From Bacteroidia bacterium (GTDB lineage: Bacteria; Bacteroidota; Bacteroidia; Flavobacteriales_D; JAUILH01), in assembly GCA_030433115.1 (NCBI GenBank), contig JAUILH010000006.1, positions 1,691 to 65,690 of the forward strand: a stretch of 64,000 nt of DNA. The letters are read 5' to 3'. Numbering within the stretch: the stretch's first letter is position 1; every line of letters begins with the position of its first letter. The notes under the pieces were generated by a model. That model saw nothing but the letters and a program-made list of their open reading frames with translations, was not told where the DNA came from and searched no databases. Below, piece by piece: positions 57,701 to 61,741 of this stretch. A program made the position numbers and the translations under genes.

Positions 57701-60479
57701 CAATACAGCCGGTGTAAGAGCAAGAATTACCACCTACACACCAAGCTTGTCGCCAAGCACACTGCACAACGTAACTTATACCGTAGATGGCGATCATGAA
57801 TTCACGTTTTCACCACCGAGTACTATTTCCAGAATGGTTCAACTGCTATTCTATAAGAGCGGAGGAAATGGCACCATGCAACACTACTATTTGGATGACA
57901 TCATCATAGAAGACATCACCGACACCCTGTTTAGTCCAGACCACAACGACATCATTGCAAGCAGTTACCCAAGCATCCACAGTGCTGTAGATTACAGCCC
58001 CTTTGGTGTGCAGTTGGATGGCAGAACCTATAATTTAGTCGCGGATGCCGTAGAGGCCATAGAACCAGACTATCGTTGGGACTTGATGGATGCAGATTTA
58101 TCAGAAGACAATGGTTCTGGTTATGATATGACTGCCAATGGTGGAGCTTTGGATACTTTGGATAGATGTGGTAATTCTAAAAGCGCCTACTACTTGGATG
58201 GTGTGGACGATTATTTGGAAATAACAGATCAGGTGGCATTTACCCCAGGAGCAGATGACTTTAGTGTGAGTATTTGGGTGAAGAAGTTGAGTGCTACGGT
58301 GAGTTATGCTGGCAATGTAGCTGTGAGTAAGTGGAACACCGGAGGCACACCGGGCACCAATGAATGGAGCTTGGGTATGAGTAGTGGCGCAAGCGGAGCA
58401 GATCCTGGCGGATTCTCGATCGAATCTGGAAGTACAAGTTACAGAGCCGAAGGTTTATCCCCAGTGAATCTGAATGAATGGTACCATCTGGTTGGCGTTA
58501 GAGATGGCGATTATATCAAGTACTTTATAAATGGTGAACTACAAAGTCAGACTTATGTTGGTACGGCCAGCGTTAATGACATTTCTGGTATGGACATGTA
58601 CTTTGGAAAACGCCAAAACAATGGCAATGGGCACATGGTATTGGACGATTTTGCTTATTTTAGAAGAGCCTTAAGCCAAAGTGAAGTGAAAAGTATGTTC
58701 GACCATAGCAGTTGTAATTTTGAGGGGGGACCAGCGGGTTGCAGCTATGTATATACTGGGTATGATGAGGTAATTACAGAGACAGTTACTAACCATTTAG
58801 ATGTATCAGGGGTAGATGATCATGTGAGAGCGGGAGGAGGTAATAGAAACATTACCAATGAAGTGACCCTTGAAGCCTGGATAAGAGCGGACTATGTAGT
58901 TTCTGCTGCCGGGACTTTCTTTAATAAGTATGGTGACGTTGGTGGCGGCAACTACAGAGGTTACCACCTCTTCTACAATGGTGGCCGGGTAAGATTTGCT
59001 GGTGTCAATGGCTCAGATGGTTACAAATCTACCGCATACTCAGACACCATAGCCGATGGTTTATGGCACCATGTGGTTGGTGTAGTAGATAGCAACGACA
59101 CCTGGAGTTTGTATTTAGATGGTGTATTAGTAGACTACACAGATTACACCCTGACAACAGGAGACCTTACAAATCCAGGGGTACTTCAGATAGGCGATGG
59201 GACCTTCTCGAATGATGATTTTAATGGAGAGATGAAACACGCCTCTATATGGAATAGAGCCAGAACAGCCCAGGAAGTGTTAAATGACTATACATCTGTT
59301 CATCCAACAGGAACGGAGGCTAATTTAATGGGTTATTTTCCATTGGATGAAGGCACGGGCACAACAGCCTATGATTTGTCTTCGACTGGAGCAGACGGGA
59401 CATTCTCAGGAAGTCCAACCTGGACAACCGATACTTTGGTTGATACAACGTATGTTCCTAATGACTCGGTGAAGGTGAGCGGTGCTGTGACTTATAGATA
59501 CGGATTCCAGGGACAGGAAAAAGACAACGAACTCAAAGGTGAGGGATTATCTATCAACTACAAGTATAGAATGCATGATCCTAGGCTGGGGAGGTTCTTT
59601 GCGGTGGATCCTTTGTTTAGAGAATATCCAAACCTGTCTAGTTATCATTTTGTTAGCAATGACCCTATAAGTGGTGTTGAAGTTGATGGCAGATGGTGGA
59701 GAAAACATAGGAAGACAGCCACAGGTAGAAATGCAGCAACTATAAATAGTTTGTACGGACCATTTAAAATGGTTATTAATGATCCAGCTGAAATAGAGGG
59801 ACTAGATAATCTGTCAATGATACCTTATGCCGGTTTATTGAGTACTGCCAATAAGTATAAGGCAATTTATGACGACCCTTCCTTAGAGATGTCTAAATTT
59901 GATTATCTCAGTGTGGTTGGAGGAGCTTATTTTAAAGGTACAAGGAAGATAATAAAGTCTCTTACAAAACTTAGTAAGGCCTCAAGAACTGCTCTTGGTA
60001 TTAGTGAAAAGACTTTTGAAGTTATGGGATATGTGTCGAGTGTGGATGAGCAATATCGAGAAATTGCCTATGAAACTTTTACTGCGAGGACTCTTGCCGA
60101 TTACGAAGAAGTGATTGATGGGAAAAGCTATAAAATAGGCTATGTCAATGAGGACAAAAGTGGTTATGTTGATGGGTTTACAATTAATAAAGACTACTAT
60201 GACGCAAAGTTTTCTGAGCAACACACAAAATTCTCAAAAGAAATAAATGGAATTACTGATGAAGAATTTGAAAAGAAACTTGATGAAGAATATCCTTATA
60301 GGCTTGTTTACATGGATAGGCAAGACTATATAAACAGAAAATCAAAAGAAGCTGTTGAAAAACACTTTTATTCTCGTCTGGAGCTAACCAAATGCTCTCT
60401 TAAAGAAAATGTGGATAAAGCAATAATTAAATATCTTAAGTCAAAGACAAACTCAAATAATTCAACTGAAAATGAATAG
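45762..60479 (+). CDS. 4905-aa Sec-signal RHS/YD-repeat polymorphic toxin (DUF6443-like N-region, BNR propeller insert, CBM-like and LamG inserts, variable C-terminal toxin)
   Basis: Signal peptide MRLKYFITALILTGSSAVALS. DUF6443-like ISYFDGSLRNRQSV..YDHQGRPAVNILPVP. Many YD repeats (YYYDQAGNLVKTV, YTRYDELGRVVEAGE, YDYDADNRILHAY, FDYDAMGNRIAKHVY ...). Core motifs NHLGNV, YSPFGV and YRYGFQGQEKDNE..YKYRMHDPRLGRFFAVDP..NDPISGVEVDG. Confidence 0.9.
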   Translation: MRLKYFITALILTGSSAVALSNDISVHQRIAASNGNAVEIGSAEAEKTVEVLPKTGAFKDINQKAFLSFGVDHNYEGYLEEDMNVRVVVHVTPYDKNDVAQTAFDQSLEIEYKPFSFISYQDKDQYIFEEAYKFEFRIDSVFINGVSDTLLPANMYVDGDITIDRTYEFASSVNTVITPDDSVIYLNCDTLADELEIRWNTLLGAEEYQLEWVFVNDYTATENAYSATGKTYNFRNNSTRISTAETFYRIPLVFDHGYVLYRVRAIGRDTADLDKRIFGTWSYDQDGLITDAAVIKYHNTVPHEKEKNWQLTTTFAEEGKKKEVISYFDGSLRNRQSVTRINSDNNTIVGETIYDHQGRPAVNILPVPVQTPTCDSSGNEEISALQFYPNFNLNDSAQAYSRHDFDLDDSASWSVSAGSLNDSTGASNYYSPSNPNKTAHQAYVPQANGYPFTQVEYTPDNTGRIKRQSGVGENFKLGSGKETQYFYGKPMQIKLNRLFGSEVGYASHYKKNLVIDPNGQISVSYLDQEGRVVATSLAGEVPDNLIALTSEENASVDLTADLFEKDPNGNSLTNAIGPDGKSIVYNQELLVSTASDYEFIYSIDSDTLYDSCLVDTICFHCVYDLTFMITDACGDTIPSDTIVTDTTIGYFTTDSLGTIQFNTECQTPSGVSYSDTLLVSLTPGNYTISKILTLREDAIDYYVEAFLDSANNECVKTLYDFQQDFLALVDTSSCYVDCDSCESQLGTRDDFVSQGLGTALEYDIMLEECQAPCQDIDPCDVARQMMLVDMMPAGQYGTYYDAQGNIDVSSYNLSIYSSNNMLSATNALWSNPYLEKNGNTYDYFIDELGDSAKVILQSDGSGGYVPSVTSALLVHTNGNGDFYTYPDNLANVTDFIDLFQESWAQSLLYYHPEYCYYKTCLEYHEEDSDENTSNTFDNLLLNTETFDAAINAGIIKSNYAALSNPDDRLEDLFTVSTSHAYDPFVTSGNFGAYASALETKYDTYVSGSPSYSMIEMAAATVRCGTVSGLGGSCTDFGKDIAGYTAAENDSIRDLEWQTFKAMYQGEKRTQQNGYAHEDAIANKCYNGCIGQVPFHIHANGFYGSPGNGWLNNAFYDNDQPCSVSNYHLYKTKAKRFPDTEDIPGYNSNASNQTNYNTASSESFMQTGVCPTATNLEQFLTELSAHDTLTDNHQLIGAYGTWAGLYYSIYGFDNPAPQVYWDTLSSDLTLDVTLLDSTTSDTLCKMGLDATGVLTDWDDVQAFTNINPTGFDGDYYNFTVIVEHDSSGTTLYDTIPGYTCMNIECCLFETPCSANQLAADLQNLMSALASDDELQSISFAYGLDNDYANTESLVINNHVSGSHSTLKWDYNSSDDIYEIRSANDTLCLEITGKTPSSFSNYTDIWYFDNFLSATEHYFTVEGYDSTGTLLVTLEGQAFVKTATDTIPVSLGDCDLKSIQCATVAHGIREDLENLLHESLLANPFSSNINFYNSIYITDNFSDAFGFNAAESSSSEDTITVDSVFYDSLHIALTPSGEGRTDTLCNLYLSISSDTAQHLQFEDLTNLGPLVATGTPGFDGNFYDFYMLADFSYMIGETIYTASDTVWGSSACLSLQNCDLCDSVVSPPDTIIYPNEDAVLMTQSQSKDCESDHGTYLQAITTYNTYVTNNSLNWPEADTTYTQSEMTFLNYCGCVDRFDKYVSSLTDGFGEDPDSADIVPYLDLAAHCPKPPCQPYIPVTDTIENIYVDYVNPCVEDLMNTAMLNAEIAYQNYLDSMASIAADQYQTHCIGAVENLNASFSDKEYHFTLYYYDQAGNLVKTVPPEGVQLLDDLTADGDSLSQLIANDRFYGTHSIYTSHRLATTYTYNSLNQLVKQSLPDHNKMDVFDMSLSSGLDNGMTIESVQFVNSARGYLAGWKIEGNDTLGLAYKSDDGGKTWQRLRNTVAEDLNKVNSFNDVAYAVGNRGVLLKSSDAGMSWNMIDLYGLNVTEDLNDVALSSTTSGLIVGDGGRLISLQSSGLSSISPTVTNASYPINSDDDVLSVKRIGTTYYISVWHTPASGDGFGLMYKSADTTGNHWIPLIDVQGPGYNDIDFVDANTAYAVGDQGSVYQTIDAGDNWYVVDNYLTDNLSKVFFMDANNGIVLADSLASYGKLMATNDGGNTWYRLNTYGQYYSNFHVYYEDGSYGAKLALVGPDAAVARLIMQNNTGFGVIPLDDISASVDFTGVWAKESNNKLFLMAAGNAANIYFTRDAEASVTPWSSDNVGVSNIVEIKADSVSAVFTGTAMDNNGKLYGFTLDADPGTTSNTFTWGAFTTPTAGNQEFSALENDPDNSRLLAYNQQDNKLYTISPSGASLVTSASDNGVVTAGLASLDQYTAIAVDENGSGLVSGPTGYLTHASESAGSYTWSEQKTNIRPQAINDMALVENDQLWAVGERATLLRHDTTSNALYLQLAETKDNWNAIAYSGVDSSIVVGDSGAILRVYRSGGNFAFTNIASNTTSDLYDVVVDASTYTAYVAGEGNQTRMTSNNLNTATPSFSVMFGTALNNTGLSLFVGANSRINFGAGQSVVPTWQVFPHALTDLHFSNAQNGYVIGDHYTVRYTNDGGQTWQSVIPDNGFGSGVPELNTVWNTSAATAYVGGNDNYIATTNGTESTESGITLPGGYGAGIDFNDITFVDSDTAFMVGGDTDGQALISVDGGANWTSVSGAIGEVLHTVHGFTRNNTFIAGGENGQVAYFDGTSMLESGYQPVASFTGTINDIYFHDDITGYLVGDNGEIHRSINGSLNTNGLLSSINWLEKGTNDGGLLNQTTEGDKNINAIDFAERFNGFIGGSYASGSPDVYARLLNDESNEYSTYFWYDKLGRIVVSQNSRQFNADTVRYSYTRYDELGRVVEAGEKLENTTDTVFTSIFGEVINGHYNPNVINDTLLSAWIEAPSGRRQEVTHSYYDVAINALSDTLPSGFAQNNLRKRIATVMYEKVLDNDTTTYDHATHYSYDIHGNVETLIQDNRNSGIAAQRFKRMDYEYDLISGNVHKVAYQADSADAWYHKYDYDADNRILHAYTSIDDINYDMDAKYIYYDHGPLARVELGENNVQGMDYAYTLQGWLKAVNSDKLNPLNDIGHDGHLLDTTNVNGSFAVDAMGYSLSYYQGDYASIDTAVWQDTATRFLSATNHAAYMHDRKDLYNGNIGSMITTIAYETNINTPLEFGMDVRPQATAYRYDQLNRLSSAKAYNNFCSTNNKWIETHAYKGLYENRFTYEANGNILTQLRRDYRTKTIDSLNYEYARNAEGQLVQNRLYHVDDAVLPGDFSDDIDDMGTFEDNVNLINNGSNNYRYDDIGQLIQDSQEGIDTIIWRVDGKIKAIYRTASAGKSDKKSLTFDYDAMGNRIAKHVYSTDTADGGPDSWMKSVYYSRDAQGNVMSVYEYKEDPLTAAVNYTLTERDIYGSSRVGLHKESIEMIGATTDATNAYHRIGDKNYELSNHLGNVLATVSDKKINTYQLNILERFNTTADSTEFDQWELLGSATKNIDNGYLEVIPGAKGDGVKRFLKTRKGKAYEFSMDHGFPNSTDLTLIQIYDMVSGDTIHAIRRINSPSSKAYCADFIALSDSTEIYITANTSAFTFNFDNFYLRRRNLNDLRYHIDRFEDSTDICKWSYGGTVAQTLDTGWLKVEVDNQYEATGRWFTTVPGHTYNIDFDLDLGTCTEVEVRPEDFTNFPHTNLTGYSYTTGGHKSFWFVATGRTHRLRFHKLGNHGSTTHYFLDNVEIRDNNYYPYCEGVFATEFTESDPDDLADTVNWTAVNGASFELEDDKLQVSTDAIDEGIERVFVVNRGRPHKLKLFFASDFASASMLVRIYDANTGTYLARGSYTNGVPERPISFYPAADSIRIEIVATNASSFDWTVDNFELVERDYMPIVADFEPNPKSAEELTDWHVNLGYLTATPDEGRIKVETEYTNQTFARIFWCKPYHTYRVKFNMDKGNTAGVRARITTYTPSLSPSTLHNVTYTVDGDHEFTFSPPSTISRMVQLLFYKSGGNGTMQHYYLDDIIIEDITDTLFSPDHNDIIASSYPSIHSAVDYSPFGVQLDGRTYNLVADAVEAIEPDYRWDLMDADLSEDNGSGYDMTANGGALDTLDRCGNSKSAYYLDGVDDYLEITDQVAFTPGADDFSVSIWVKKLSATVSYAGNVAVSKWNTGGTPGTNEWSLGMSSGASGADPGGFSIESGSTSYRAEGLSPVNLNEWYHLVGVRDGDYIKYFINGELQSQTYVGTASVNDISGMDMYFGKRQNNGNGHMVLDDFAYFRRALSQSEVKSMFDHSSCNFEGGPAGCSYVYTGYDEVITETVTNHLDVSGVDDHVRAGGGNRNITNEVTLEAWIRADYVVSAAGTFFNKYGDVGGGNYRGYHLFYNGGRVRFAGVNGSDGYKSTAYSDTIADGLWHHVVGVVDSNDTWSLYLDGVLVDYTDYTLTTGDLTNPGVLQIGDGTFSNDDFNGEMKHASIWNRARTAQEVLNDYTSVHPTGTEANLMGYFPLDEGTGTTAYDLSSTGADGTFSGSPTWTTDTLVDTTYVPNDSVKVSGAVTYRYGFQGQEKDNELKGEGLSINYKYRMHDPRLGRFFAVDPLFREYPNLSSYHFVSNDPISGVEVDGRWWRKHRKTATGRNAATINSLYGPFKMVINDPAEIEGLDNLSMIPYAGLLSTANKYKAIYDDPSLEMSKFDYLSVVGGAYFKGTRKIIKSLTKLSKASRTALGISEKTFEVMGYVSSVDEQYREIAYETFTARTLADYEEVIDGKSYKIGYVNEDKSGYVDGFTINKDYYDAKFSEQHTKFSKEINGITDEEFEKKLDEEYPYRLVYMDRQDYINRKSKEAVEKHFYSRLELTKCSLKENVDKAIIKYLKSKTNSNNSTENE
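49280..50620 (+). other. Three tandem, highly diverged ~150-aa modules inside the N-terminal region of the giant protein
   Basis: Each module has a leading helix (NLEQFLTEL / LAADLQNLMSAL / IREDLENLLHESL). Each then has a DTLC(K/L/N) strand and a G(F)DG(D/N)(Y/F)Y(N/D)F or HYFTVEGYD strand. Confidence 0.5.
51540..54330 (+). other. BNR/Asp-box (Ycf48/sialidase-like) beta-propeller region inserted between YD-repeat blocks
   Basis: Six Asp-box motifs: SDDGGKTW, SSDAGMSW, TIDAGDNW, TNDGGNTW, TNDGGQTW and SVDGGANW. YD repeats lie immediately before (51170-51400) and after (from 54331, FWYDKLGRIV). Confidence 0.7.
56270..57920 (+). other. Four tandem diverged jelly-roll (CBM/galactose-binding-like) modules inserted in the RHS core
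   Basis: Each of the four ~135-145-aa units ends in a DNF(Y/E)L / LDN(V)EI / LDDIII strand and opens with an F(E/N)..(D/T)...W motif. They sit between NHLGNV (56205) and YSPFG (57993). Confidence 0.6.
58060..59300 (+). other. Two LamG/concanavalin-A-like (Laminin_G_3-type) domains between the PFG motif and the terminal RHS core motif
   Basis: The patterns FSVSIWVK..W.HLVGVRDG..KYFINGEL..RALSQSEV and LEAWIRAD..WHHVVGVVDSNDTWSLYLDG..IWNRARTAQEV are typical of LamG_3. Confidence 0.7.
58665..59630 (+). repeat. Dispersed repeat, copy A (3' LamG-RHS-core region of the giant gene) homologous to the orphan cassette
   Basis: About 95% nt identity to 61811-62006 over the first ~190 nt. The centre is divergent. 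Identity is about 85% again over 59310-59630 versus 62470-62770. Confidence 0.85.
59691..60476 (+). other. Variable C-terminal toxin domain of the giant RHS protein (family not recognised)
   Basis: It follows the conserved ..DPRLGRFFAVDP..NDPISGVEVDG boundary, where RHS toxins are normally autoproteolysed. About 262 aa, K/E-rich, with no recognisable catalytic motif. Confidence 0.6.
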
Positions 60480-60843
60480 AATAGTCAAGATAGTAATACT
60501 AATTACTTTTTGTTCTTGTTCAAATGATCAATCTGAAAATGGAGGACAATCGCAAGAAAGGAATCGTAAGGAGATTGCCGTTAAACTATATCAGAACAGG
60601 ATAGTTGGAAGTCATGGTATGAATCAAGATAGAATTGTTTTTGAAAAGAATAATGTAATGATAGACTGTGTGAAAATTCACAGCAAAGATTCATTGACTC
60701 TTCTCAGCAAGTTCATTATAGACGATTCCCTAAGCATTTCAGCAGAATCTGTGATTAGGGATTTTGGTGTGGAATGGATTGTTCAAGATATGCGATACTT
60801 TGATACTGTGAGTTTATCAAAGACTATCATAGTAAGGGACTAG
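60472..60843 (+). CDS. Putative cognate immunity protein (lipoprotein)
   Basis: The ATG overlaps the toxin stop by 8 nt. Lipoprotein-type signal MNRIVKIVILITFCSCSNDQ in a 123-aa protein. Confidence 0.6.
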   Translation: MNRIVKIVILITFCSCSNDQSENGGQSQERNRKEIAVKLYQNRIVGSHGMNQDRIVFEKNNVMIDCVKIHSKDSLTLLSKFIIDDSLSISAESVIRDFGVEWIVQDMRYFDTVSLSKTIIVRD

Positions 60844-60864
60844 AGTCAGGGAGTCCCCCCGCTA

Positions 60865-60885
60865 GCGCAAGCTTGTAGCTTGTGC
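60865..60885. repeat. Imperfect palindrome / hairpin (possible terminator or REP-like element)
   Basis: GCGCAAGCT-TGT-AGCTTGTGC forms a 9-bp stem including one G.U pair. It lies between the immunity gene and the RAYT-like gene. Confidence 0.4.
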
Positions 60886-60937
60886 TCTTATCAATTCTAA
60901 ACAGAGCATAAAATAGAAAGGTTGTACCTTTCGGCCA

Positions 60938-61285
60938 GTGAGCAGTAAATACAAAATAAACAATCCAGACGGCATCTACTTTATAAGCTTTGCAACAGTT
61001 GGATGGATAGATGTATTTACCAGAAAAGCTTACAAGGATATACTGGTAGATAGCTTAGAGTATTGTCAAAAAGAAAAGGGTTTAGAGCTGTATAGTTGGT
61101 GTATAATGAGCAATCATGTTCACTTAATAGCCAAAAGTAAAACAGGTGATTTAAGCGGCACATTAAGAGATCTGAAACGACATACCAGTAAAACCATTAT
61201 AGAGGCCATTAAAAACCATCCACAAGAGTCTAGGCGCGAATGGAAGTCACATTCCAATTGTCACCTAAACCACATAACCGATTGA
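60938..61285 (+). mobile_element. IS200/RAYT-like Y1 (HUH) transposase, 3'-truncated remnant
   Basis: SSKYKINNPDGIYFISFATVGWIDVFTR..YSWCIMSNHVHLIAK (HUH motif)..ESRREW. Homology then stops abruptly where the tandem repeat begins, and the C-terminal catalytic-Tyr region is missing. Confidence 0.7.
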
Positions 61286-61572
61286 TAATGAGCAACAATT
61301 ATTTTGAAAACCCTCAAATTTCAGGGGTGTTTGGGCCTCATTGGTGTAAAGAAAGTCTCTTAGAAGCGCTTAAAACGAGTATTAAAAACCTCATGTTCCA
61401 ATTGTCAGTCACATTCCAATTGTCACCTAAACCACATAACCGATTGATAATGAGCAACAATTATTTTGAAAACCCTCAAATTTCGGGGGTGTTTGGGTCT
61501 CATTTGTGTAAAGAAAGTCTCTTAGAAGCGTTTAAAACGAGTATTAAAAACCTCCTGTTCCAATTGTCACCT
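61246..61572. repeat. Tandem direct repeat, 162-bp unit x2 plus a partial third start
   Basis: Copy 1 is 61246-61407 and copy 2 is 61408-61569, with 5 mismatches in 162 nt. The 12-mer TTCCAATTGTCA occurs four times, marking the unit ends. Confidence 0.9.
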
Positions 61573-61741
61573 GGCAATTTTAAAATGAAAGGATATTTGC
61601 TGAAAAAGTGTAACTTGTGTTGTGTAAAAACGTAATAAAAAATGAGACTTCTTATGGCTAACTACAGCACAATGTTATGGAGTCTGCCAGGGATAGAACG
61701 GCCTGTTTGAGCTCTTTTTTGAGCAACAAAAAAAGCGAGTA

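Noticed and set aside
47323-57797. Numerous 60-155-aa minus-strand ORFs inside the 4905-aa gene (for example 48750-49217, 52696-53007, 54642-54905).
   Set aside because: They are antisense to a long, motif-rich ORF and have odd composition without recognisable motifs. They are typical shadow ORFs.
45762-60479. T6SS (PAAR/VgrG) or T9SS (C-terminal sorting domain) delivery of the giant RHS protein.
   Set aside because: The N-terminus is a standard Sec signal peptide rather than a PAAR domain. The C-terminus is a toxin tip followed by an immunity gene rather than a T9SS CTD. No Hcp, VgrG or TssBC genes are visible. A T6SS elsewhere in the genome cannot be excluded.
61246-61572. Possible CRISPR array.
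   Set aside because: The repeats are 162 bp long and directly adjacent, with no unique spacers. No cas genes are present in the window.
61240-61635. 131-aa ORF spanning the tandem repeat.
   Set aside because: Its sequence is simply the 162-bp repeat translated twice (the same ~54-aa segment is duplicated). It starts inside the truncated transposase frame. There is no independent coding evidence.
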